This document shows positions 1 to 7,805 of a DNA stretch of 64,000 nucleotides, piece by piece. Source of the DNA: Phycisphaerales bacterium (GTDB lineage Bacteria > Planctomycetota > Phycisphaerae > UBA1845); assembly GCA_020353195.1 (NCBI GenBank), contig CP070691.1, positions 2,579,105 to 2,643,104 of the forward strand. Reading direction: 5' to 3'. The notes beneath the pieces are model-generated. The model worked only from the letters and a program-made list of their open reading frames with translations, was not told where the DNA came from and searched no databases. The translations under genes and the position numbers were made by a program. Within the stretch, counting starts at the first letter, position 1; every line of letters begins with the position of its first letter.

Positions 1-1
1 G

Positions 2-1822
2 ACGGCTACAGTCGCCGGATCGCAACTTCCGGGTCTACCGGGTTCGACGGCGGAGCCGGCCAAGATCGTCCATTTCCGCGTGTCGGGTCCGCTGCTGGAG
101 CGTCCCGCGGGTGAGACGCTGATGTTGACGCTGGAACAGCCGCTCACGCTGCAGGAGCTGATCGCGCGGATGAAGAAGGCGCGAGACGACGAGTCGGTCA
201 AGGCCGTCGTGCTCACCTTCCGGCAGCCGTCGATGGGGTTCGCCCAACTGCAGGAGCTTCGACAGGCGATCATGCAGATCCGGGCGGTGGACAAGGACGT
301 GTACGTGCATGCCGACATGCTGTCCACCGGGCTGTATGCGCTGGCGTGCTCCGCCTCGCATGTCAGCATAGTGCCGACGGGCGACGTGTGGCTGATGGGG
401 CTGTACGGCGAGCAGCCGTACCTGCGGGGACTGCTCGACAAGATCGGCGTCGTGCCGGACTTCATCCAGATGGGCGATTACAAGAGCGCGGCCGAAATCC
501 TCACGCGCACGGGCCCGAGCGAACCGGCCGACGAAATGCTGACCTGGCTGCTCGACTCCCTGTATGGCAGCTTGGTGTCGATGATTGCGGAGTCTCGGGG
601 CATGACGCCGGAGAAGGTGAAGGAGATCATCGACACCGGTCCGCACACGGCCGAGAAAGCCCTTGAAGTCGGGCTGATCGACTCGGTGCAACACCGGCAG
701 GATTTCGTGGGGCACCTGAAGGAGCGCTACGGCGCAGCGACGAAGATCGTCCGCCGATACGGCGAGGACAAAGGCCCGGAAATCGACTTCTCGAACCCCC
801 TTATGGCCATCTGGGATCTGATCGCGGAAGTGACGAAGAAGGCCAAGAAGCCGACCAAGCCGGTTGTGGCGGTGGTGTACGTGGACGGCCCGATCCTCGT
901 CGGGTCGGAGGACCCGAGTCCGTTCGGGGCTTCGGGGCAGGCCCGCAGCACGACGATCCGCAAGGCGCTGGACAAGGCGAGGAAAGATTCGGCGGTCAAG
1001 GCGGTCGTGCTGCGCGTGGATTCGCCAGGGGGATCGGCGCTGGCGAGCGAGATCATCTGGGACGCCACGCAACGGGTGAAGGAGCAGAAGCCGCTCATCG
1101 CGTCGATGGGCAACGTTGCCGCCAGCGGCGGGTATTACGTCTCCTGCGGGGCCGACGCGATCTACGCGGACGAAACCACGATCACGGCGTCGATCGGAGT
1201 GATCGGGGGCAAGCTTGTCACGACCGGGATGTGGAACAAGCTCGGTGTGTCCTGGCACGCAAGGCAGCGCGGCAAGAACGCAGATCTGCTGAACACGTCG
1301 CGACCGTTCGCCGAGAAAGACCGCAAGAAGATCACCGAGTACATGGAAAACGTCTACACCGTGTTCAGGTCGCACGTGACGGCGGGACGCGGCGAGAAGC
1401 TCTCCAAGCCGCTGGACGAAATGGCCGGCGGGCGCGTCTATACGGGCGCTCAGGCGCTGGAGCTCGGGCTGGTCGACAAGATCGGGACGTTGGATGACGC
1501 GGTGAAGTTCGCCGCCGCCAAGGCGAACGTCAGCGACTACGAAATCCGCGTGCTGCCCGAGCCGAAGAAGCTGATGGACGTGTTCATGGAGATGTTCGCG
1601 GGCGACGACGACGAGGAAGAGGATATCACCCTGGACGGCCCGAGTTCGTGCCGCGTGAACCTCTTTGCGGAGAAGTCGCCCCTGGTCGACACTCTCCTGC
1701 CGCTGCTGCGAGAGCTGGACCCGATGCGAACGCAGGCTCTGCTGACCGCCCTGACGCGGCTGCAACTGATTCACGAAGAGGGCGTCATCACCATGATGCC
1801 ATACGATTTCGTGATCCGGTAG
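2..1822 (+). CDS. sppA: Signal peptide peptidase SppA (67K type, two S49/ClpP-fold halves). The 5' end probably runs off the window.
   Basis: The frame is open from nt 2, and the listed ORF start at 80 is GTG. The second half carries 'LRVDSPGGSALASE' and 'SMGNVAASGGYYVSCGADAIYADETTITASIGVIGGK', which are typical SppA motifs. Confidence 0.8.
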   Translation, partial: TATVAGSQLPGLPGSTAEPAKIVHFRVSGPLLERPAGETLMLTLEQPLTLQELIARMKKARDDESVKAVVLTFRQPSMGFAQLQELRQAIMQIRAVDKDVYVHADMLSTGLYALACSASHVSIVPTGDVWLMGLYGEQPYLRGLLDKIGVVPDFIQMGDYKSAAEILTRTGPSEPADEMLTWLLDSLYGSLVSMIAESRGMTPEKVKEIIDTGPHTAEKALEVGLIDSVQHRQDFVGHLKERYGAATKIVRRYGEDKGPEIDFSNPLMAIWDLIAEVTKKAKKPTKPVVAVVYVDGPILVGSEDPSPFGASGQARSTTIRKALDKARKDSAVKAVVLRVDSPGGSALASEIIWDATQRVKEQKPLIASMGNVAASGGYYVSCGADAIYADETTITASIGVIGGKLVTTGMWNKLGVSWHARQRGKNADLLNTSRPFAEKDRKKITEYMENVYTVFRSHVTAGRGEKLSKPLDEMAGGRVYTGAQALELGLVDKIGTLDDAVKFAAAKANVSDYEIRVLPEPKKLMDVFMEMFAGDDDEEEDITLDGPSSCRVNLFAEKSPLVDTLLPLLRELDPMRTQALLTALTRLQLIHEEGVITMMPYDFVIR

Positions 1823-2034
1823 AACCCGGATAGGCACAGGTCCTTATCCCGAGATATCGTTGACGACTCCGGCACCGCCCGTCCGCCGGCAGCGGTTGCC
1901 ACTTGCCAAGCATGGCAGTGGGGCATAGAGTGCCTGTGGGGCGGCGTTGCGGCCCGTACCCGGCAGCGCGGGGCTCGAGGCCCACGCTGGGAGCCCTCTG
2001 GCGGTCGATATTCGGATGTGGAGGTCAACGGATC

Positions 2035-2676
2035 ATGGTTACCGCGCGAGGTAAGATCGGGCTGGCGTGTCTGTCGGCGGCGCTATGCTTCGCCCTGGTG
2101 GTGATAGCGGAGCCTCGACTTGCACCGCCGGCCGACGAAAGCACGAAGCCAACAACACCACCGGCGAACGACGCTGAGCCCGAGGCGGCGCCCCAGGAGC
2201 CACCGACGGAGGCCGACCAACCGGCGGTCAAACCGGACCAACCCCCCGCCGACGGCACACCGCCGTCAGCACCGTCGGCGGAGGAGGTGATCAAGGCGTT
2301 TGAACAGGACCGCCCGAGAAACGTGGCCATCCCTCCGGTGAGCACGACCGCCGCGGCTGCGAAGCCGGCGGACCAAGAAGGTAAGAGGCCTCCGACGCGG
2401 TATCCCGACGGTTATCTGCTCATCGATCGGGCCGGTCGTGTGCGCCAGGACGGTCAGTGGTGGACCTTCGTCTTCGAGTCGGACAGCCCGTCGTTCGAGG
2501 AGCCACCGATGAAGCTCCTTCCCAACAGGATGCTCGAACGTGCGGTGTTCGAGGTGCGGGGCGCGCCGAACATCGTATTCATCGTGTCCGGGGAGATCAC
2601 CGATTATCAGGGTGAGAATTTCATGCTTCTTCGCAAGCTGCTTCGGCGGCGGGATCTGGGAAACCTCAAGAAGTAG
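2035..2676 (+). CDS. Hypothetical secreted protein with a Pro/Ala-rich linker and a C-terminal globular domain
   Basis: ATG 2035 gives the signal-like N-terminus 'MVTARGKIGLACLSAALCFALVVIA'. GGAGG lies about 11 nt upstream. I recognise no family. Confidence 0.5.
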   Translation: MVTARGKIGLACLSAALCFALVVIAEPRLAPPADESTKPTTPPANDAEPEAAPQEPPTEADQPAVKPDQPPADGTPPSAPSAEEVIKAFEQDRPRNVAIPPVSTTAAAAKPADQEGKRPPTRYPDGYLLIDRAGRVRQDGQWWTFVFESDSPSFEEPPMKLLPNRMLERAVFEVRGAPNIVFIVSGEITDYQGENFMLLRKLLRRRDLGNLKK

Positions 2677-2725
2677 GCACACCTGCGGCTGCCTTGACCG
2701 GCGGCCCCGATGCGGACGTTTGCCC

Positions 2726-3070
2726 ATGGAGCTTCGAATCGACAGTTCAGGACCCTATCCGGTCGCCCGGATCTGGGGAGAAATCCGGTCCGAGGACGCC
2801 CCCACGTTCGTGGAGGAGATCCACCCCCTGGTGGCGCAGTCGGATTCAAAGCTGGCGATTGACCTGTCCGGTGTTTCGTTTCTGGACTCGACCGGTCTCG
2901 CCTCGCTGATCAACGTCGTCACCCGCGCGCGGTTGGCCTCCGGACGGACCATCCTCGTATCGCCGACGCCGTTCGTCGCGGGCGTATTCGACGTGACCAA
3001 CCTCGATCAGTGGTTCGAGATCGCGGGCGATCTCGATGAAGCCGCGAAGTACTTCTCCGCGGGCGATTGA
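2726..3070 (+). CDS. STAS-domain protein (SpoIIAA/RsbV-type anti-sigma-factor antagonist)
   Basis: ATG 2726. 'LAIDLSGVSFLDSTGLASLINV' is the STAS phospho-serine loop (DSxG). Confidence 0.75.
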   Translation: MELRIDSSGPYPVARIWGEIRSEDAPTFVEEIHPLVAQSDSKLAIDLSGVSFLDSTGLASLINVVTRARLASGRTILVSPTPFVAGVFDVTNLDQWFEIAGDLDEAAKYFSAGD

Positions 3071-3128
3071 AACGGGCCGGATGACCCACCACGGCCGCGG
3101 CCCGGACGGGCCACCCGGGAACAAACGC

Positions 3129-3164
3129 CGCCAACGGCATGGAACGGTTCCGCGTTCGTTGGCG
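3129..3164. terminator. Hairpin between the convergent STAS and kinase genes; possible intrinsic terminator for the minus-strand operon
   Basis: CGCCAACG (3129-3136) pairs with CGTTGGCG (3157-3164). The loop contains the palindrome GGAACGGTTCC. On the minus strand the stem is followed by CGTTTGTT. Confidence 0.35.
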
Positions 3165-3227
3165 CGCTGCTCGGGCTGTTCATTACTCTGACGCCCGGGT
3201 CTGTGGGGCCGTCCGGCGGTGTGAAGG

Positions 3228-4121
3228 TCACGCGCTTCTCGCCCGGTGCCCCTCGGCGCGGTCAACGAGCTTCTCCACCACGTCGCACGTCTGTCTGATT
3301 TCGCCGGCCGTAAGCCGATAGCACGACGCTCCCCGGACGACGCCGGCCAGCACGTCCAGCCCGACGGCCCGGCAGCGCAGCAGGTTGAAGCAGAACCGGT
3401 GCAGCTCAAACGCGGCTTCGGCCCGGCTGATAGGTACCAGCGCGGGTCTGGCATTCCGCGCGTACTTCGGGAAGACGACATAGCGGATGGGGCAGGCGCG
3501 GCCGACCACGTCGGGCCTGACCGACGTCGGCTTGATGAAACCCACAAGCCCCTTGGCGGCTTTGACGTAGTGCCGGTTTCCGTGCACGGCGAGTCCGAGT
3601 GACTCGATGATGGGATGGGAAGCCCGCTTGATGCAGATGGCCCGGGGATACGGCTGCAGCTGGAGGGTCTTGGCGTGAATCAGCGCAAACTCGTCGCAGA
3701 GGTACCGCCATCCGCGAGCAAGCAGACCGGCGGTCAGCGTGGACTTGCCCACGCCTGACAGACCCGGCAAGATCACGCCTTGCCCGTCGATTTCCAACGC
3801 GGACGAATGAAGCTGAAGGCTCTGGGGCATGACCCGCGGGATCTGCAGGTTCAGCGACCACTCGACGTAGGGCAGGACTTCCTGGAACCTTGTGGGCTCG
3901 AAGTGCACGAACCCGTCGGCCGACACCTGGTATCGCCGGCGATGGCGCGCCGACAGCGGGGTCCGGCCGACCATGATCCGAATTTCCCCCTCACCGGGCC
4001 GGTCGGTCTGGAACTCGCGGTACAGGGACGTGTACTCGTCCAGAAGACGGGGCATGGACGTGGTCAGCGAGGCGTGAATGACGCCGATCCGGAAGTGCCT
4101 TGTACGCAGTTCGGGCTTCAT
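3228..4121 (-). CDS. HPr-kinase-related protein (P-loop C-terminal-domain type, 'HprK-related kinase A/B' class)
   Basis: Walker A 'GLSGVGKSTLTAGLLARG' followed by 'YLCDEFALI'. There is no HprK N-terminal domain. ATG 4121 lies 18 nt downstream of the stop of the upstream PqqD-fusion gene on the same strand. Confidence 0.7.
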   Translation of the reverse strand: MKPELRTRHFRIGVIHASLTTSMPRLLDEYTSLYREFQTDRPGEGEIRIMVGRTPLSARHRRRYQVSADGFVHFEPTRFQEVLPYVEWSLNLQIPRVMPQSLQLHSSALEIDGQGVILPGLSGVGKSTLTAGLLARGWRYLCDEFALIHAKTLQLQPYPRAICIKRASHPIIESLGLAVHGNRHYVKAAKGLVGFIKPTSVRPDVVGRACPIRYVVFPKYARNARPALVPISRAEAAFELHRFCFNLLRCRAVGLDVLAGVVRGASCYRLTAGEIRQTCDVVEKLVDRAEGHRARSA

Positions 4122-4139
4122 AGCGGGCGTCTTGTCGGC

Positions 4140-5966
4140 TCACTCTTCGCGCGTGGTCAGCCCCAGCTGGTCAAACTCGGCGATCATGCGCCGGACCTGG
4201 TTCATCGCGTCCGCCGCCGAGACGTCGTAGGTTTCAGCGAGGGCTTCGCCGATCTGAGCGGGGTCCGTCAAGCCGTCGCACCGGCGCCAGATGAACAGCG
4301 CAGTCTGGTTCAATCGATGCGTGTCGCCCGTCTCGGGGTCATAGATCAGCGCCTCATCGTCCAGCTCGTGAACGATCAGGTTCTTGGATCGGGTGGGGGT
4401 GCGTTCGCCGGCGGGGACGGGCGGCGGCTGATCAGGCTGGGAGGCGGACGCCGGGGCCGGTAGGTCCTGATCCGGGGTCCGCCCCGCAGGGGCGGCAGTG
4501 GCTGCCGCGTCGAGGTCGGCGGCATTCAGCACGCTACTGGGCGAGAGATTGTCTGGCGTCATGATCACCTCCTCCGGCCCGTGGTCCCAGTCATCATCAG
4601 AAGGTCCTGTCAGAAACATGGGTGTCACCGGGGGCAGTCCGGGGGCTTCCGGCACGTCGTTCAGGTTGGCGGCGATGGCCCTCCAGAACACGGAGCTATC
4701 CACACAGAGGTCCGGGACGCGTCGTCCGTTCAGGAACACCGTCGGCGTGGTGGTGACGCCGAGTCGTCTGGCCAGCGCCACGTCGCTCTGGACCGCTCGC
4801 CGGACGGCGTCGCTTTCCATGTCCGCCAGAAGTCGGTCGGCGTTCAGCCCGGATTGTCGGGCGAGCGCGGCGTAGTCCCAGTTGGGTCTGTCCTTGCGGT
4901 GCTCGAACAACAGGCGGTGCATTTCGTCGAACGCTCGTTGCCCGCCCTGGAGGCGCGCGGCCTCAGCCGCCAGACTGGCCGACGACACTGGCAGGTCCGG
5001 CACGGTAGGCTGCTCGGAAGCGCGATCGGTATCTTCGGCGGCGGCGGCAGGAAGATGCCGGATGTCCAAAGACAACTCGTCGCCGAAGACCTCGTTGATC
5101 ACGCGCTGGCGGCGCCGCTCGAAACACGCGCACCCGGCGCAGTCGTAATCGGTGAACACAACGATGACGACCCGGTCGGCATCGCCGGTAGCCGGCAAGG
5201 CCCGTACGTTCGAATCGCGCTGGGGGATGTACACGGTCGGCTGGGCGTAGTACTCGCGAAGAACAAAATCAGCGTCTCGCTGCAGAGCCGCCACCGCCTG
5301 CTTGATGCCGAAGGCTTTGCGCCACTGGCGGCGAGCCTCCGTCACGGCATTGAAGTAGAACCACATGCCGAGGCACGCGACACAGCATGCGGCAAAGGCG
5401 CAGGCACTGAGGCGCCGCTGGATGCGCGCGACCACCGGCGGATCGGTCAGCCCGCTGGACGTACGGCGCACGGATCTCGATCGCGACACACGCCGCAGGA
5501 TGAGCACGGTGAGAACGATGCCTGCGTTCAAACCGTTGGCCAGGGCGCAAAGCGGGCACCAACTGTCGACGGCCAACAGCATGATCGTCAGGAAGAAGAT
5601 CGAACCGATCAGCCCGCTGAATACGACCAGCAGCACCAGGCGCCACGTCCGCCGAGACCAGGCCGGCACCCGCCCCACCATGGTGAACCAGATGGCCACG
5701 CTGGTGAAGTAGGCCAGCCCCATCAGCGACGTGGGGACGACGAAACGACGCGTGCCGAAGTGGAAGTCGAACGAACCCCACCGGCTGTCCGCGACACCGG
5801 TGCAACTCGCGCTGGCAAAGATCTGGGATTCACAAAGCCGCAGGAGGAAGCTGGTCCCTTCGCCGGTAGCCTGCCAGCCGCCGTCGTGTTCGACCAGCAG
5901 TGTGCCCGACACCCAGGCGCCGCCGACCGCGAGAGCCACGATTGTAAAGACAAGAAATCGAACCAT
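4140..5966 (-). CDS. Fusion protein: VKOR membrane domain + DsbA/thioredoxin domain + Pro-rich linker + C-terminal PqqD (RRE) domain
   Basis: Start re-picked at ATG 5966 ('MVRFLVFTIVALAVGGAWVSG'). Five hydrophobic segments. VKOR loop Cys pair 'LCESQIFASASC' and TM CxxC 'WCPLC'. Thioredoxin 'FTDYDCAGCACF'. The last 81 aa, 'KNLIVHELDDEALIYDPETGDTHRLNQTALFIWRRCDG...IAEFDQLGL', are PqqD-like. Confidence 0.75.
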   Translation of the reverse strand: MVRFLVFTIVALAVGGAWVSGTLLVEHDGGWQATGEGTSFLLRLCESQIFASASCTGVADSRWGSFDFHFGTRRFVVPTSLMGLAYFTSVAIWFTMVGRVPAWSRRTWRLVLLVVFSGLIGSIFFLTIMLLAVDSWCPLCALANGLNAGIVLTVLILRRVSRSRSVRRTSSGLTDPPVVARIQRRLSACAFAACCVACLGMWFYFNAVTEARRQWRKAFGIKQAVAALQRDADFVLREYYAQPTVYIPQRDSNVRALPATGDADRVVIVVFTDYDCAGCACFERRRQRVINEVFGDELSLDIRHLPAAAAEDTDRASEQPTVPDLPVSSASLAAEAARLQGGQRAFDEMHRLLFEHRKDRPNWDYAALARQSGLNADRLLADMESDAVRRAVQSDVALARRLGVTTTPTVFLNGRRVPDLCVDSSVFWRAIAANLNDVPEAPGLPPVTPMFLTGPSDDDWDHGPEEVIMTPDNLSPSSVLNAADLDAAATAAPAGRTPDQDLPAPASASQPDQPPPVPAGERTPTRSKNLIVHELDDEALIYDPETGDTHRLNQTALFIWRRCDGLTDPAQIGEALAETYDVSAADAMNQVRRMIAEFDQLGLTTREE

Positions 5967-6472
5967 GTTCCTGGCCTGTGGAAATCCCGGGACCCTGTCG
6001 CAGATCGGCACCGCATGGCGCCGTCTCGCACCGGCGGGGACGCAAGCACCGACTCCCGGCATCCACCGCTGGACCTTCGCCGCTTCCCGGACGGCCTGGC
6101 GCGCCCTGGGGCGTCAGCTCGACGCTGATGCAGCGCTCTGTAGGCTCCGCGGGGCGTTTACTACACGGACCTTCCCATGTATCGGGCTTCTCGGGGGCGA
6201 GATGAAGTTGGCTCCGGATGGCCAGGGATTCGAGTGATGGCATCTGGCCCGGCAGCATGGCCCCGTCCGGCTGGCGTCCTGGCCAAGCTGCTCTCCGGGG
6301 GGGTGCCGCCGTGCCTTCGCCGGCCAGGCCGCCCGCTGCCGCTCATGGCGGCAGCCTGGTAGCGGCTCCGGGAAGCGGGCCTGGTGATACTGGTATCCGC
6401 TGCTTCGGGGCCGACCCACCTCGAGGGCTGCCGAAACCGCAGTTGCCCGCCCGCGTGACCGATAACCACCAT

Positions 6473-7609
6473 ATGAGTGGGTCACAGACTCCCCAATCCC
6501 TGCTGGCGATGTGCCTTGCCGGACGGGTGGCTGACGTTCCGAAGAGCGTCGATTGGCTTCATCTGGCCGACGGTGCCGGGAGCCTGGGCCTGTCGGGCCT
6601 GGTTCTCGAAGCGTTGGATCGGGCAGGCCTCCGCGTTCACGAGACGGCCTATCTGGCCCTGCGGGAGCAATCGACCGTAGTGGCCGGTCAGAACGCGCAC
6701 ATCACGCGCTGTTTCAAACCGATCGCCCGGGCGTTCGACGCCGCGGGGATTCCTCTTCTGCTGCTCAAAGGCGCGGCGCTGGGCTTGACGGTCTACCGCG
6801 AGCCGCGGCTGCGCCCGATGTCCGACGTGGACTGCATGGTGCGGTGCGAGCATCTGGACCAGGTCTGCGCCCTGCTCAAGCGTCTCGGTTGTCGGCGCGG
6901 CGCAGACCTGGTCCGGAGGGATTTTTTCCCGAGATACTTCAACGAGGTGGAGTACTTCACGCCTGATCGACGGTCCGTCCGGATCGATCTTCACGTTCGC
7001 CCCTTTCGGCCCTTACGGTATGCGCAGACCGTCCCGGCCGACGCGTTCTGGCGCGGTGCCGTACCGGCCGATCTGGGCGGCGCCGTCGCTTTGATGCCGA
7101 ACCCGAGCGATATGGTGATTCACCTGGCTGTCCATGCCGCCGTACACGGCGCGCGCCGCCCGCTCTGGCTGTACGACATTTACCGGTTCGCTCACGTTCA
7201 CCGCGACACGCTGGATTGGACGGCGGTGATCGAGCAGGCCGACGCCTGGCGACTGGTCTTGCCCCTCCGGGTCGCGCTGCAGCGGGTCGACGCGATGTTC
7301 GGACCGGCGGTGCCGCCGGACGTGATCGCGACACTGGACCGCCGGCGCGTGGGCCTGGCGGACCGGCTGACGCTGTGGCATGCCCCTCGGGACGAGGCGC
7401 ATCCGATGGGCCACCTGCTGGTGGACTTGTTGTGCACCCGCGGCTGGCGGTTCCGGCTTGGCTACCTGGCGGCAGTGCTTCTGCCGGGGCGGCCTCATCT
7501 CGAGTCGATCTACGCGGGGCGTCATCCGGGGTGGACGCTCTGCGCCCACGCGTGCCGAGTCATGCGCGCCATACGCCGGGCGCTGGGCCTGCGCGTCGAC
7601 ACGGCCTGA
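6473..7609 (+). CDS. Uncharacterised nucleotidyltransferase family protein (NTP_transf_5 / PF14907-like)
   Basis: ATG 6473 ('MSGSQTPQSLL'). 'IPLLLLKGAALGLTVYREPRLRPMSDVDCMVRCEHLDQVCALLKRLG' matches the family signature. Confidence 0.7.
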   Translation: MSGSQTPQSLLAMCLAGRVADVPKSVDWLHLADGAGSLGLSGLVLEALDRAGLRVHETAYLALREQSTVVAGQNAHITRCFKPIARAFDAAGIPLLLLKGAALGLTVYREPRLRPMSDVDCMVRCEHLDQVCALLKRLGCRRGADLVRRDFFPRYFNEVEYFTPDRRSVRIDLHVRPFRPLRYAQTVPADAFWRGAVPADLGGAVALMPNPSDMVIHLAVHAAVHGARRPLWLYDIYRFAHVHRDTLDWTAVIEQADAWRLVLPLRVALQRVDAMFGPAVPPDVIATLDRRRVGLADRLTLWHAPRDEAHPMGHLLVDLLCTRGWRFRLGYLAAVLLPGRPHLESIYAGRHPGWTLCAHACRVMRAIRRALGLRVDTA

Positions 7610-7805
7610 AAGCTCCGGGCCATCCTGCCGGCTCGAAGCCGACCTCACGAGTCACTGTCCAGGGAGCCGTAACGAACGCGCCACCAATGCACGTATCCGG
7701 CGGCTTGGTGACCGCGCATTGCTAGGGTCAAGGCGACCTCGCCCATGGACGGCCAGGTCGCGTGCGCCGCGCGGGCCGCTTGTCTGGCAGCCGCGGGCTC
7801 TTGGG

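Noticed and set aside
35-1837. A 600-aa minus-strand ORF antisense to sppA. Similar long antisense or off-frame ORFs occur at 21589-23091(-), 43140-45143(-), 47606-48832(+), 55139-56476(-), 55702-57024(+) and 7645-8568(-).
   Set aside because: All are Arg/Pro/Gly/His-rich with no recognisable motifs. They lie opposite or out of frame to genes with clear family signatures. These are typical stop-codon-poor shadow ORFs of GC-rich DNA.
1903-2034. N-terminal extensions of track ORFs: 1903, 6218, 22320, 23714, 21604, 35105, 36276, 53247, 19577..21793 and 14540..17260
   Set aside because: The extensions are Arg/Gly/Pro-rich and often overlap the preceding gene. They precede an internal start that gives a signal peptide, an SD or an ATGA/GTGA coupling. 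The shorter starts were used.
6202-6237. The micro-ORF MKLAPDGQGFE as the precursor peptide of the kinase/PqqD system
   Set aside because: It is only 11 codons, with a poorly spaced G-run rather than a real SD, and no Ser/Thr/Cys-rich core. It is simply the tail of a longer shadow ORF. It is kept only as a pointer in the spacer finding.
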